Shown here: in pieces, positions 1-7,890 of the stretch
How the letters are laid out: each line of letters begins with the position of its first letter
Position numbering within the stretch: the first letter of the stretch is position 1
Origin: Klebsiella aerogenes
GTDB lineage: Bacteria > Pseudomonadota > Gammaproteobacteria > Enterobacterales > Enterobacteriaceae
DNA length: 32,000 bases
Assembly (NCBI GenBank): GCA_029027985.1
Contig: CP119076.1
Location: forward strand, 2,260,422 to 2,292,421
Reading direction: 5' to 3'
Translations under genes and position numbers: made by a program
The notes under the pieces: model-generated
Database searches by the model: none
The model's input: only the letters and a program-made list of their open reading frames with translations
What the model was told of the DNA's origin: nothing

Positions 1-217
1 TGCCGTATGGAAACTGTTCACTTATCTATTTATTATAATGCTAATAGTATAGGCATGATTTTAATGTGTGTAATGGTATTGGAATAGTGTTTCAAGTGTT
101 ACAAAGTATTGCTTAAACGCTAAATGTGGAGACCGCGTCGGGCTGGTGGAAAAATAGCAACCCGGGATGTGTTCAGATAGTGTGGCATTAGTCATAGTGA
201 ATCAGTATTTGATCTGA

Positions 218-333
218 TACCCGTTATACTTCAAGTTGCATGTGCATTGACAATAACTCGGCCATCCTTGGGTCTCGTCCTTATGGGGTCGGTACAAGCG
301 CTGTTGGTCCTGTAACTCGGATTATTTAGGGTA
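218..333. repeat. ERIC/IRU-like intergenic repeat with non-canonical core
   Basis: The termini are TACCCGTTATACTTCAAGTTGCATGTGC and CTGTAACTCGGATTATTTAGGGTA. They resemble the ends of the enterobacterial ERIC consensus as I recall it (..ACTTCAAGTTGCA.. / ..TGCAACTCGAATTATTTAGGGTA) and are imperfectly inverted relative to each other. The central ERIC core (GTGAATCCCCAGGAGCTTACAT..) is absent. Confidence 0.5.
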
Positions 334-368
334 AAGAAAGGGTTTTAGATGCGGCGAAAGGCTGGTAG

Positions 369-800
369 TTATCCCTTGTCCTCGATCGCAGGGGCCTGGA
401 CATCAAGCATCTGAGTTAACACGCGCCGCGCATTGGCGGCGCAGTCAAGGTCGTCCGGTTTCTGTTGTATCTCTTTGATAACATCGATCAGCTGTGCTTT
501 GCTTTGCCTCAGTTTCTGTTCCAGCTTTTCAATATCGGCCACCTTTTGTTGTAGGGTAGCCAGCAGCGTTTGCCGATCCCAATGGTTCAGGTCTGATGGC
601 AGCAGGGCCGCTATCTCTTCCAGACTAAAGCCTGCGCCCTGAGCGGTCGTAATCAGTCCCAGAACCAGTAACGTTTCTTCAGGATAGCTGCGGTAGCCGT
701 TTGCTTTGCGCTGCACGGTTTTCAGGATCCCGACGCGTTCGTAATAGCGGATCCGCGAAGGCGCCAGTCCACTGCGTTTGGCCAGGGTGCCGATGTTCAT
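369..800 (-). CDS. MerR-family transcriptional regulator (143 aa), unknown effector
   Basis: N-terminal MerR helix-turn-helix signature (MNIGTLAKRSGLAPSRIRYYERVGIL...ANGYRSY), followed by a long heptad-like dimerisation helix. SD GAGGA lies 5-6 nt before the ATG at 800. It is divergent from a dyad promoter. Cys120 is the only cysteine, so it lacks the CueR, ZntR or SoxR ligand sets. Confidence 0.85.
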   Translation of the reverse strand: MNIGTLAKRSGLAPSRIRYYERVGILKTVQRKANGYRSYPEETLLVLGLITTAQGAGFSLEEIAALLPSDLNHWDRQTLLATLQQKVADIEKLEQKLRQSKAQLIDVIKEIQQKPDDLDCAANARRVLTQMLDVQAPAIEDKG

Positions 801-820
801 GTTTATTCCTCATAAGCGAC

Positions 821-851
821 TTGACCTTAAACTTAACTTTAAGGTTATGGT
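821..851 (+). promoter_or_regulatory. MerR-type promoter: -35 TTGACC, 19-bp spacer, -10 TATGGT, with embedded perfect dyad operator
   Basis: The sequence is TTGACC(821-826), 19 nt, TATGGT(846-851). The spacer holds a perfect inverted repeat ACCTTAAA(824-831)-CTTAAC-TTTAAGGT(838-845). An over-long 19-bp spacer with a centred dyad is the hallmark of MerR-family activated promoters. It sits 30 bp upstream of the oxidoreductase ATG. Confidence 0.6.
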
Positions 852-880
852 TTGTCCAGTTTACTCACTGGAGTCCCAAT

Positions 881-2107
881 ATGAGCCTTTTTACCCCTCT
901 ACAACTTGCCTCTGGCGTTGTGATCAACAATCGCATTGTGAAAGCCGCGATGGAAGAAAACATGGCTGATGTCGATCATGCGCCGTCGCCTGAATTGCTT
1001 GTCCTGTATCAGGCTTGGGCGCAAGGCGGCGCGGGGGTGATTATTACCGGCAATGTAATGGTGGATGCCCGGGCGATGACCGGCCCGGCGGGCGTGGTGT
1101 TGGAAAGCGATAAGTTTCTGGATAAGTTCCACGCCTGGTCGCAAACGGCGCAGGCGAATGGCGCGCGGGCGTGGATGCAGATAAATCATCCCGGGCGGCA
1201 GATGCCCGCCGCTCTTGGGCAGGAGACGTTGGCGCCTTCAGCGCTGGCGTTAGATCTTGGCGCGCAGTCTTCGCGTTTTCGCCTGCCGCGGGCCATGAGT
1301 GAAACGGATATTGCTGATGTTACCCGGCGCTTTATTACGACCTCGCAACTGGCAGAGCGCGCCGGATTTAGCGGTGTCGAAATTCATGCCGCCCACGGCT
1401 ATCTGCTAAGCCAGTTCCTGTCGCCATTGAGCAACCAGCGAACCGACCGCTTTGGCGGCAGCATTGAAAATCGTGCGCGTTTACTGCTTGATATCGTGCG
1501 TGGCGTTCGTGCCGCTGTGGCGGCGGATTTTACCGTTGCTGTTAAGCTTAACTCAGCGGATTTTCAACACGGCGGCTTTTCGACGCACGATGCTCAGGCG
1601 GTGGTGCAAATGTTGGCCGAATGCGGTGTGGATCTGGTCGAGCTCTCCGGCGGGAGCTACGAAGCGCCGGCGATGATGGGGGCCATGCGTGATGAACGAA
1701 CGCTAGCACGTGAGGCCTACTTTCTGGAGTTTGCCCAGCAGATTGCTGAAGTATCGACCATTCCTTTAATGGTTACCGGCGGTGTACGGCGACGGGAGGT
1801 GGCGGAAAGGGTGGTTAATAGTGGAATTGCGTTGGTGGGTATTGCGACGGCGTTGGCTATCGTTCCCGAGTTACCGAAATACTGGCGCAACGGAGAATAT
1901 GATGCGCCGCCGTTGCGCAAGGGTAGCTGGAAGAATAAGGCTATTGCCGCTAGTGCCCATATGGCAGCGGTAAAATATCAGCTACAACGATTGAGTCGCC
2001 ACCGCGCGCTGAAGCCGCAGGTCTGGCCGCTGTGGGCGCTTTTGACGGCGCAGCTAACGGCAAAATGGCAGACTAAACGTTATCGGCGCTGGATGTCCGG
2101 TCAATAG
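881..2107 (+). CDS. NADH:flavin oxidoreductase, Old Yellow Enzyme / 2,4-dienoyl-CoA-reductase-like family (408 aa)
   Basis: OYE-family motifs are visible: NRIVKAAM, WMQINHPGRQ, GFSGVEIHAAHGYLLSQFLSPLSNQRTDRFGGSIENR. I placed the start at ATG 881 (GGAG at 870-874) rather than the track's 701, because that extension overlaps the divergent MerR gene. Confidence 0.85.
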   Translation: MSLFTPLQLASGVVINNRIVKAAMEENMADVDHAPSPELLVLYQAWAQGGAGVIITGNVMVDARAMTGPAGVVLESDKFLDKFHAWSQTAQANGARAWMQINHPGRQMPAALGQETLAPSALALDLGAQSSRFRLPRAMSETDIADVTRRFITTSQLAERAGFSGVEIHAAHGYLLSQFLSPLSNQRTDRFGGSIENRARLLLDIVRGVRAAVAADFTVAVKLNSADFQHGGFSTHDAQAVVQMLAECGVDLVELSGGSYEAPAMMGAMRDERTLAREAYFLEFAQQIAEVSTIPLMVTGGVRRREVAERVVNSGIALVGIATALAIVPELPKYWRNGEYDAPPLRKGSWKNKAIAASAHMAAVKYQLQRLSRHRALKPQVWPLWALLTAQLTAKWQTKRYRRWMSGQ

Positions 2108-2140
2108 AAACGGCCGGCAGCAGGCTACCGGCTGATGATT

Positions 2141-2374
2141 TTACTTCTGGATAAGATAGCGGATCGTCGGCCCGTCCTGCTGAATATCCAGCACGGTGTA
2201 GCCGTGGTTTTCCGCGTCCTGTGGGATGTTATTGATTGACTGCGGACAGTCGCTGACCACCTCAAGAATTTCGCCTTTTTTCAGCGACGGCATGGCTTCG
2301 AGCGTAGCAACGGCCGGGTAGGGACAAGGTTCGCCAACCATATCAAGGCGGTAATCAGGAACGATATCTTTCAT
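2141..2374 (-). CDS. yedF: TusA-like sulfurtransferase-fold protein YedF (77 aa)
   Basis: Near-identical to E. coli YedF as recalled (M..IVPDYRLDMVGEPCPYPAVATLEAMP.LKKGEILEVVSDCPQSINNIP...HGYTVLDIQQDGPTIRYLIQK), including the conserved CP motif. A 4-bp ATGA overlap with the upstream gene's stop suggests translational coupling. Confidence 0.85.
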   Translation of the reverse strand: MKDIVPDYRLDMVGEPCPYPAVATLEAMPSLKKGEILEVVSDCPQSINNIPQDAENHGYTVLDIQQDGPTIRYLIQK

Positions 2375-3582
2375 GCGGTTTCCTTAATGCGCGCCGCCGC
2401 GGCGGCTTTCTGGCGGAAGAAGTGTTTTTCCCAGGCAATGACTAACAGCAGGGCGATAAACAGCAGCAGGTAGGTGACCAACAGGCCGCCGAATGGACCA
2501 AAGACGGCGAGCAGATTGACTTTGTCCCAGTGGATCGCCAGCGCAGGCGACAGGTCATCCCAGAAGTAAGCCAGGATGGTGGAGCCAATAACGTTACCGA
2601 GCCCGACCCACCAGTAGTGAACCTGGCCTTCCACGGCGCGATACATCCAGCCGGTTTCGCAGCCGCCGGCCAGCACAATGCCGAAACCGAACAGCAGGCC
2701 ACCAATCACCGCATTCGGGCCTGCCCACATGATCTTAGGCTCCATGCCGAGCTGCACATAGCTGAAGATGCCGATGGCGCTGGCCGCCATGCCGAAGATG
2801 ATTGCTTTCGCCATATAAGTGCGCCCGGTGACCCACATATCACGGAACGCGGAGGTGAAACAGATTTGCGCCCGCTCAATCAATAAGCCAAAACCCACGC
2901 CGAACAGGAGGGCGAAGCCAAGTTTCGGTTGATTGGCGGCGGTGAGCAGACCCCAACCGATCATCGCGGCGAACACCAGCATTCCGAGACGGAAACGGCG
3001 ACGTGCCTGAGCCGGTTTTTGCGTCAACGGCGAGGCGGCGGAGACTTTCTCTATATTGACCGGAATGCGAAATATGGGGAGCAGGGTAAAGCGCGCGCCG
3101 AACCAGGTGCCGATAGCGGTGGCAATCGCAAAGAACCAGGCGTGCAGGGAAAACTGCGGGATGCCGGTGAAGAAGGCCGCCAGGTTGCAGCCCATCGCCA
3201 GGCGCGCGCCGAACCCGGCAATAATGCCGCCAGCCAGCGCCTGAAAAATACGAATACGATGGCGGGGCATGCGTAGTTTGACGTTATTGGCCCATAGCGC
3301 GGCGGCCAGACAGCCGCCGAACATACCAATAATCATCATCCCGTCGATCCGGGTTAATGGCGTGCCATCAAGATGAATTAACTTGTAGTAGCCCCATTCC
3401 TCTGCCGGAACGCCGACCAGCTGCAGCAGCTGACCACCCCAGCGGGTAAATTCGCCAGTGACCGCCCAGAAGGTGCCGGTAATGCCAAAATAGTAGGTAG
3501 AGAGAATACCGGCGGCGATCACCGCAGGCGCCGGCGACCAAAATTTAATTAGCCAGGCTTGTTTGAATTGTTGCCATGTCAT
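2371..3582 (-). CDS. yedE: YedE/YeeE-family inner-membrane sulfur/selenium-compound transporter (403 aa)
   Basis: A polytopic hydrophobic protein with the conserved Cys-containing motifs of the family (GARLAMGCNL, AQICFTSAFRD, LAGGCETGW). Its length matches E. coli YedE (~401 aa), and it is operonic with yedF. Confidence 0.85.
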   Translation of the reverse strand: MTWQQFKQAWLIKFWSPAPAVIAAGILSTYYFGITGTFWAVTGEFTRWGGQLLQLVGVPAEEWGYYKLIHLDGTPLTRIDGMMIIGMFGGCLAAALWANNVKLRMPRHRIRIFQALAGGIIAGFGARLAMGCNLAAFFTGIPQFSLHAWFFAIATAIGTWFGARFTLLPIFRIPVNIEKVSAASPLTQKPAQARRRFRLGMLVFAAMIGWGLLTAANQPKLGFALLFGVGFGLLIERAQICFTSAFRDMWVTGRTYMAKAIIFGMAASAIGIFSYVQLGMEPKIMWAGPNAVIGGLLFGFGIVLAGGCETGWMYRAVEGQVHYWWVGLGNVIGSTILAYFWDDLSPALAIHWDKVNLLAVFGPFGGLLVTYLLLFIALLLVIAWEKHFFRQKAAAAARIKETA

Positions 3583-3863
3583 AGAAATTCCTCTGAACTC
3601 AGAAGGTAATTCGCCCAGGGAGGGCTTGAAGAATCGCGATAATACGCCGCTTAGCTGACTAAATCACTCGACCAGATCAAAAGCGGGGAGAGTGTTGCGT
3701 GAAAAAGTCCACGCTTTATCGTGGCTTCAACTTTGCGTCGTGAACAAATATGGCACTTTGATTTCATATTTATGGCCGAATTATTAACCTTGCCAGCTTC
3801 ACTAAAATAGCCAAAGATGGCCGCATCGGGCTTGCTGCAGCTTAATCCACCGCTGAGGGATAT

Positions 3864-4892
3864 ATGAATCAAGAGGTGACCTCCAGGATGTTGAAACCCG
3901 ATTTTGATATGGAAGTTTCCGGGCTGTTATATGGTTACCTGTTTCGTGAAGGGCAACTTCCTTTGAGAATCAACTCAAATGAAGTCTGCGTACAATATCA
4001 GGAACTCTGTGGCGAGAATGATTTCGTCTGGCTGCATCTCAATTTAAACCACGCCACCGCTGAAAAATGGCTACATAACCATTTTTCAGTCGCCGACTTT
4101 TTCTTTGAAGAAATTCGCAGCGGTTCGCCCACCACCCGGATTGAACGTCAGGGCGACGATCTCTTTGCCGTGCTCAACGATGTACTTTTCCATCCGAAAG
4201 AGGCTGGGGCGGAGACGTCTACCCTGTGGCTGTACTGCAGCCAAAAGCTGGTGGTTACGGCGCGCTATAAACCGCTGCGCTTTATTGAATGGATGCTGCC
4301 GCGCCTGCAAACGCTCGAAATCGGTTCCGCCACCGCGCTGTTGGCGTTTTTACTGGAAGAGCAGGAAGAGGTCCTCGAACAGGTGGTCAGACAGGCCAGT
4401 CGCCATGTCGATGTGATTGAGGAGCGCTTGCTAAGCAGCCATGTACAGCGAAACCGGGCCGATCTTGCGCGCCTGCGGCGGATGTTGCTGCGCTTTCAGC
4501 GCCTGCTGGCGCCGGAACCGGCAGCGATGTTCCGTTTGCTTAATCGCCCCCCGGCATGGATAGACCGTTCAGTGGTACAGGAATTTCGTCAGTTTACCGA
4601 GGAGTTTACGGTGGTGCTGAACGATCTCTCCGGCTTGATTGAACGCATCAGCCTGCTACAGGAAGAGATTAGCGCCCGCCAGTTGGAGCAGAGCAACCGC
4701 ACGCTATATACCCTGACGGTGATTACGGTGCTGGCGTTGCCGATTAATATCGTGGCAGGATTTTTTGGTATGAACGTGGGCGGGATACCGCTCGCCAGCA
4801 ATCACCACGGCTTTATTCTGCTGGTGGTGATTGTCGGCGTATTTACCCTTGCGGCGGGGTATCTGGCCTTTCGCCGGCGGGACGATCTGTAG
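3864..4892 (+). CDS. CorA-superfamily divalent metal ion channel, ZntB-like paralogue (342 aa)
   Basis: Two C-terminal transmembrane (TM) helices carry the signature GMN motif (FFGMNVGGIP), preceded by a large soluble N-terminal domain. It has the same architecture as ZntB/CorA. The sequence looks too diverged from E. coli ZntB for me to call it the orthologue. An alternative start at ATG 3888 is possible. Confidence 0.8.
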   Translation: MNQEVTSRMLKPDFDMEVSGLLYGYLFREGQLPLRINSNEVCVQYQELCGENDFVWLHLNLNHATAEKWLHNHFSVADFFFEEIRSGSPTTRIERQGDDLFAVLNDVLFHPKEAGAETSTLWLYCSQKLVVTARYKPLRFIEWMLPRLQTLEIGSATALLAFLLEEQEEVLEQVVRQASRHVDVIEERLLSSHVQRNRADLARLRRMLLRFQRLLAPEPAAMFRLLNRPPAWIDRSVVQEFRQFTEEFTVVLNDLSGLIERISLLQEEISARQLEQSNRTLYTLTVITVLALPINIVAGFFGMNVGGIPLASNHHGFILLVVIVGVFTLAAGYLAFRRRDDL

Positions 4893-4895
4893 TGG

Positions 4896-6071
4896 TTAGC
4901 GCAGCTGAGCGCGCAGGGTGGCAATCAATCCCTGCACGCCTTTTTCCAGCTTCACTCGCGGGCATCCGGCATTGAGACGCACGAAACCGTTCCCCTCTTC
5001 GCCATAGGTGTAACCCGGCATAATCGCGACTTTTTGCTGCTCAATCAGCGCTTTTTGCAGCGCATGGTCGTCGATGCCGAGCGGGCGCAGATCGATCCAC
5101 GCCAGATAGGTTGCCTGCGGCGGTTGCCAGTTTAGCTGCGGGAAGGCCTGATTCAGTTCACGGGTGATGTAACGCATATTATCCTGCAGATAATCGCGCA
5201 GAGCATCCAGCCACGGCGCGCCCTGACGATAGGCGGCGATATGGGCTACCAGTGCCGGAACTGACGGTGAAGAAAGACCATCGCGACCTTTCAACGCTTG
5301 CAGATAAGCGTCGCGAGAGTCGGTATCGGCGATCAGCCCATATGCGCCGGTAAAGGCCGGAATATTGAAGCTTTTCGATCCGGAGGTAAACAACGCCCAC
5401 GGCCCCTGCGCGACATCGCTCCACGGCGTATGACGATGTTCGCCCCAGGTCATATCCATATGAATTTCATCGCTTATCACCCGCACATTATGTTTTGCGC
5501 ACAACTGCGCCATCGTCGAAAGCTCATCGCGGCTCCAGACTTTGCCTGTAGGGTTGTGCGGGCTGCAGAGCAGTAAAATGCTATTGTCAGGGGCGGCGAG
5601 CGCCGTTTCCAGTTCATTCATGTCGCCGCGCCACTGGCCATCTTCAAACTTGAGTGCCACTGGCGCGACGCGGCGTTGGTTGCCGTCGATCGTTTTATAA
5701 AACGCATCATAGGCCGGAGTATGTACCACGATGCCGTCGCCCGGCTTTGACCACTGGCGAATCATCTCGGCAACCATGTAAATCACCGAAGGGCCGTAGA
5801 CAATGGCCTCACGGTCAATGGAACTGTGAAAGCGGCTGGCGAACCAGTGGCTCACGGCGCCAAGAAAATCGTCGTTTTTCCAGCGGCTATAGCCAAAAAC
5901 GCCGTGCGCCAGACGTTGGCTGACGGCATCGAGAATACAGGGAGCGGTGGCGAAATCCATATCGGAGATAGTGAACGGCAAAAGGTCGGCGGCGCCGAAG
6001 CGGTCGGCCACATAATCCCATTGGGTGCACCAGGTGCCGTGGCGGTCAACCGGCGTTGCAAAATCAAACAT
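4896..6071 (-). CDS. malY: MalY, PLP-dependent cystathionine beta-lyase / maltose regulon modulator
   Basis: Full-length similarity to E. coli MalY (MFDF...VDRHGTWCTQWDYVADRFG..DLLPFTISDMDF), with the SGSKSFNIP lysine motif. It lies downstream of malX, as in E. coli. Confidence 0.95.
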   Translation of the reverse strand: MFDFATPVDRHGTWCTQWDYVADRFGAADLLPFTISDMDFATAPCILDAVSQRLAHGVFGYSRWKNDDFLGAVSHWFASRFHSSIDREAIVYGPSVIYMVAEMIRQWSKPGDGIVVHTPAYDAFYKTIDGNQRRVAPVALKFEDGQWRGDMNELETALAAPDNSILLLCSPHNPTGKVWSRDELSTMAQLCAKHNVRVISDEIHMDMTWGEHRHTPWSDVAQGPWALFTSGSKSFNIPAFTGAYGLIADTDSRDAYLQALKGRDGLSSPSVPALVAHIAAYRQGAPWLDALRDYLQDNMRYITRELNQAFPQLNWQPPQATYLAWIDLRPLGIDDHALQKALIEQQKVAIMPGYTYGEEGNGFVRLNAGCPRVKLEKGVQGLIATLRAQLR

Positions 6072-6123
6072 CTGAACTTCCTTAGCGAGTTCCCCCTTCC
6101 TGTAAAAGAAGGGGGAAAAGGGG

Positions 6124-7716
6124 TTAAGCCTGAACGGTATTCATCAGCGTGGCCATTTCATCTTTGACTGACTGGACCTGAGGACCGATGACCACCTGCA
6201 GATTGTGCTCATTAAGCTGGACCACGCCAATGGCGCGGTTGGCTTTCAGCGCCGCGGTGTCCACTTTGCTCATGTCGTTGACCGACAGACGCAGGCGGGT
6301 GATGCAGTTATCAAGGGTCACGATGTTGTCCGCACCGCCGAGAGCCGCCAGAATCGCGGGTACGTTATAGCCAGATTTACCAATGGTTCCCATAACCGCT
6401 TTTTCTACGCTGGCGGCGGTTTCGATATCGCGGCCCGGTGTTTTCAGATTAAAGCGAGTGATGGCGAAGCGGAAGATCCCGTAGTACACCGCGAACCAGA
6501 TAGCGGCGACGACCGGCACTAAATACCACTTAGTCGACAGGCCGTGCAGGATGCCGAAGACCACGAAGTCGATGACGTTGCCGTCGGTGTTGCCGATGGT
6601 GACGCCAAGCACCGCCATGATCGTGAAACCGAGGCCGGTCAGCAGGGCGTGGATAACATACAGCACGGGCGCCACGAACAGGAACAGGAATTCCAGCGGT
6701 TCGGTGGTGCCGCCCACGACGCAGGCAATGACGCCGGAAATCAGCAACCCTTTAATTTTATGACGGTTCTCCGGGCGGGCACAGTGATACATCGCCAGCG
6801 CGGCGCCAGGCAGACCACCGAGGAAGGCGGGCATTTTGCCCTGCGACAGGAAGCGGGTGGCGCTCTCGGAGAAGCCGTGGGTGGTCGGGCAGCTCAGCTG
6901 CGCCTGGAAGATAGTCAGCGCGCCGCTGACGCTGTGGCCGCAAACGTCCATGGTGCCGCCTGCTTCGGTAAAGCGGATCAACGCCACCAGAATGTGGTGC
7001 AAACCGAATGGCAGCAGCAAACGCTCGCCGGTGCCGAAGATCATCGGGCCAAAATCACCTGCGCTATTGATAACGTGCCCCAGCGTGTTGATGCCCATCG
7101 CGAAGACCGGCCACACCAGCGGGATAACCAGGCCGACCAGGCCTAACACCACGGTGGTGATGATCGGCACAAAGCGCGTGCCGCCAAAGAAGGCCAGCGC
7201 ATCCGGCAGGCGGATGTTGTGGAAACGTTCGTGCAGCATCCAGACGATAATACCGGCAATGACCGCGCCGAGGATCCCGGTGTCGATCGACTGAATGCCG
7301 ATAATGTTCTGAATGTTGTTAGCTTTGAGGATCGCCGCATCGGTGGTCGGCAGGATGCCTTTCGCCGTCAGCCAGAAATTGACCGCGAGGTTCATCACCG
7401 CATAGCCGACGAAACCGGCAAAGGCGGCGACACCTTTATTCTCACGCGCCAGGCCAAGCGGGATGGCGATACAGAACATTACTGGCAGGAAGCTGAAGGC
7501 GAAAGAGCCGACTTTACTCATCCAGACGAAAATTGCCTGCAGCAGCGGCACGTCCAGCCACGGCAGCAGGGTTATCACATCATGGCTGCTTAACGAACTG
7601 CCGATCCCCAGCATGATCCCGCAAAACGAGAGCAACGCCACGGGCAACATAAAGGTTTTTCCCAACTGCTGGAAAAATTCCCATAAGGTAATTTTTGGTG
7701 CTGTTTTCGCCGTCAT
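6124..7716 (-). CDS. malX: PTS EIICB component MalX (maltose/glucose family)
   Basis: Near-identical to E. coli MalX from MTAKTAPK.TLWEFFQQLGKTFMLPVALLSF onward. The C-terminal EIIB motif NCITRLR is present. I moved the start to ATG 7716, because the track's extra 30 codons run through the MalI operator. Confidence 0.95.
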   Translation of the reverse strand: MTAKTAPKITLWEFFQQLGKTFMLPVALLSFCGIMLGIGSSLSSHDVITLLPWLDVPLLQAIFVWMSKVGSFAFSFLPVMFCIAIPLGLARENKGVAAFAGFVGYAVMNLAVNFWLTAKGILPTTDAAILKANNIQNIIGIQSIDTGILGAVIAGIIVWMLHERFHNIRLPDALAFFGGTRFVPIITTVVLGLVGLVIPLVWPVFAMGINTLGHVINSAGDFGPMIFGTGERLLLPFGLHHILVALIRFTEAGGTMDVCGHSVSGALTIFQAQLSCPTTHGFSESATRFLSQGKMPAFLGGLPGAALAMYHCARPENRHKIKGLLISGVIACVVGGTTEPLEFLFLFVAPVLYVIHALLTGLGFTIMAVLGVTIGNTDGNVIDFVVFGILHGLSTKWYLVPVVAAIWFAVYYGIFRFAITRFNLKTPGRDIETAASVEKAVMGTIGKSGYNVPAILAALGGADNIVTLDNCITRLRLSVNDMSKVDTAALKANRAIGVVQLNEHNLQVVIGPQVQSVKDEMATLMNTVQA

Positions 7717-7766
7717 ACACGAATCCTGGTTCTTAAAAGTGTCGATAGGATGTAACGTAGCGGCAA

Positions 7767-7782
7767 GATAAAACGTTTTACC
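7767..7782. promoter_or_regulatory. MalI operator 1 (malX-proximal)
   Basis: GATAAAACGTTTTACC is a 15/16 palindrome and a near copy of the perfect palindrome at 7846-7861. It matches the GalR/LacI-type MalI operator described for the E. coli malX-malI region. Confidence 0.6.
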
Positions 7783-7791
7783 ATTTTTTAG

Positions 7792-7807
7792 TGCGATAAA
7801 AATCACA
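7792..7807. promoter_or_regulatory. Candidate shared CRP site for divergent malX/malI promoters
   Basis: TGCGA-taaaaa-TCACA matches the consensus TGTGA-N6-TCACA at 9/10. It lies between the two operators, about 41-43 bp from plausible transcription start sites (TSSs) on each side. A TATAAA -10 at 7829-7834 fits malI. Confidence 0.5.
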
Positions 7808-7845
7808 TATTCAAGCGATAATAACGTTTATAAAGGTAACACACT

Positions 7846-7861
7846 GATAAAACGTTTTATC
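7846..7861. promoter_or_regulatory. MalI operator 2 (malI-proximal, autoregulatory)
   Basis: GATAAAACGTTTTATC is a perfect 16-bp palindrome, 30 bp upstream of the malI ATG and overlapping the predicted malI TSS. Confidence 0.6.
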
Positions 7862-7890
7862 TAAAGGTAAAAGGGAGTCGGCCAGTCGTT

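Noticed and set aside
701-880. N-terminal extension of the oxidoreductase ORF (track start 701)
   Set aside because: The extension overlaps the divergent MerR gene and runs through the promoter and operator. The ATG at 881 has a GGAG SD, and the family's conserved N-terminus (MSLFTPLQL..) starts there.
3651-3872. 73-aa minus-strand ORF in the yedE / CorA-like intergenic region
   Set aside because: It has a TTG start overlapping the CorA-like start codon, no SD, and Cys/Ser-rich odd composition. It is most likely a chance ORF in a divergent promoter region.
7717-7806. 5' extensions of known genes in the ORF track: malX to 7806, pntA from 22412, fumC from 13777, fnr to 27751, ogt to 28491, ydgI to 20882, ydgH to 22010
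   Set aside because: Alignment with the remembered E. coli N-termini and the SD positions support the shorter starts. The extensions cross operators or promoters.
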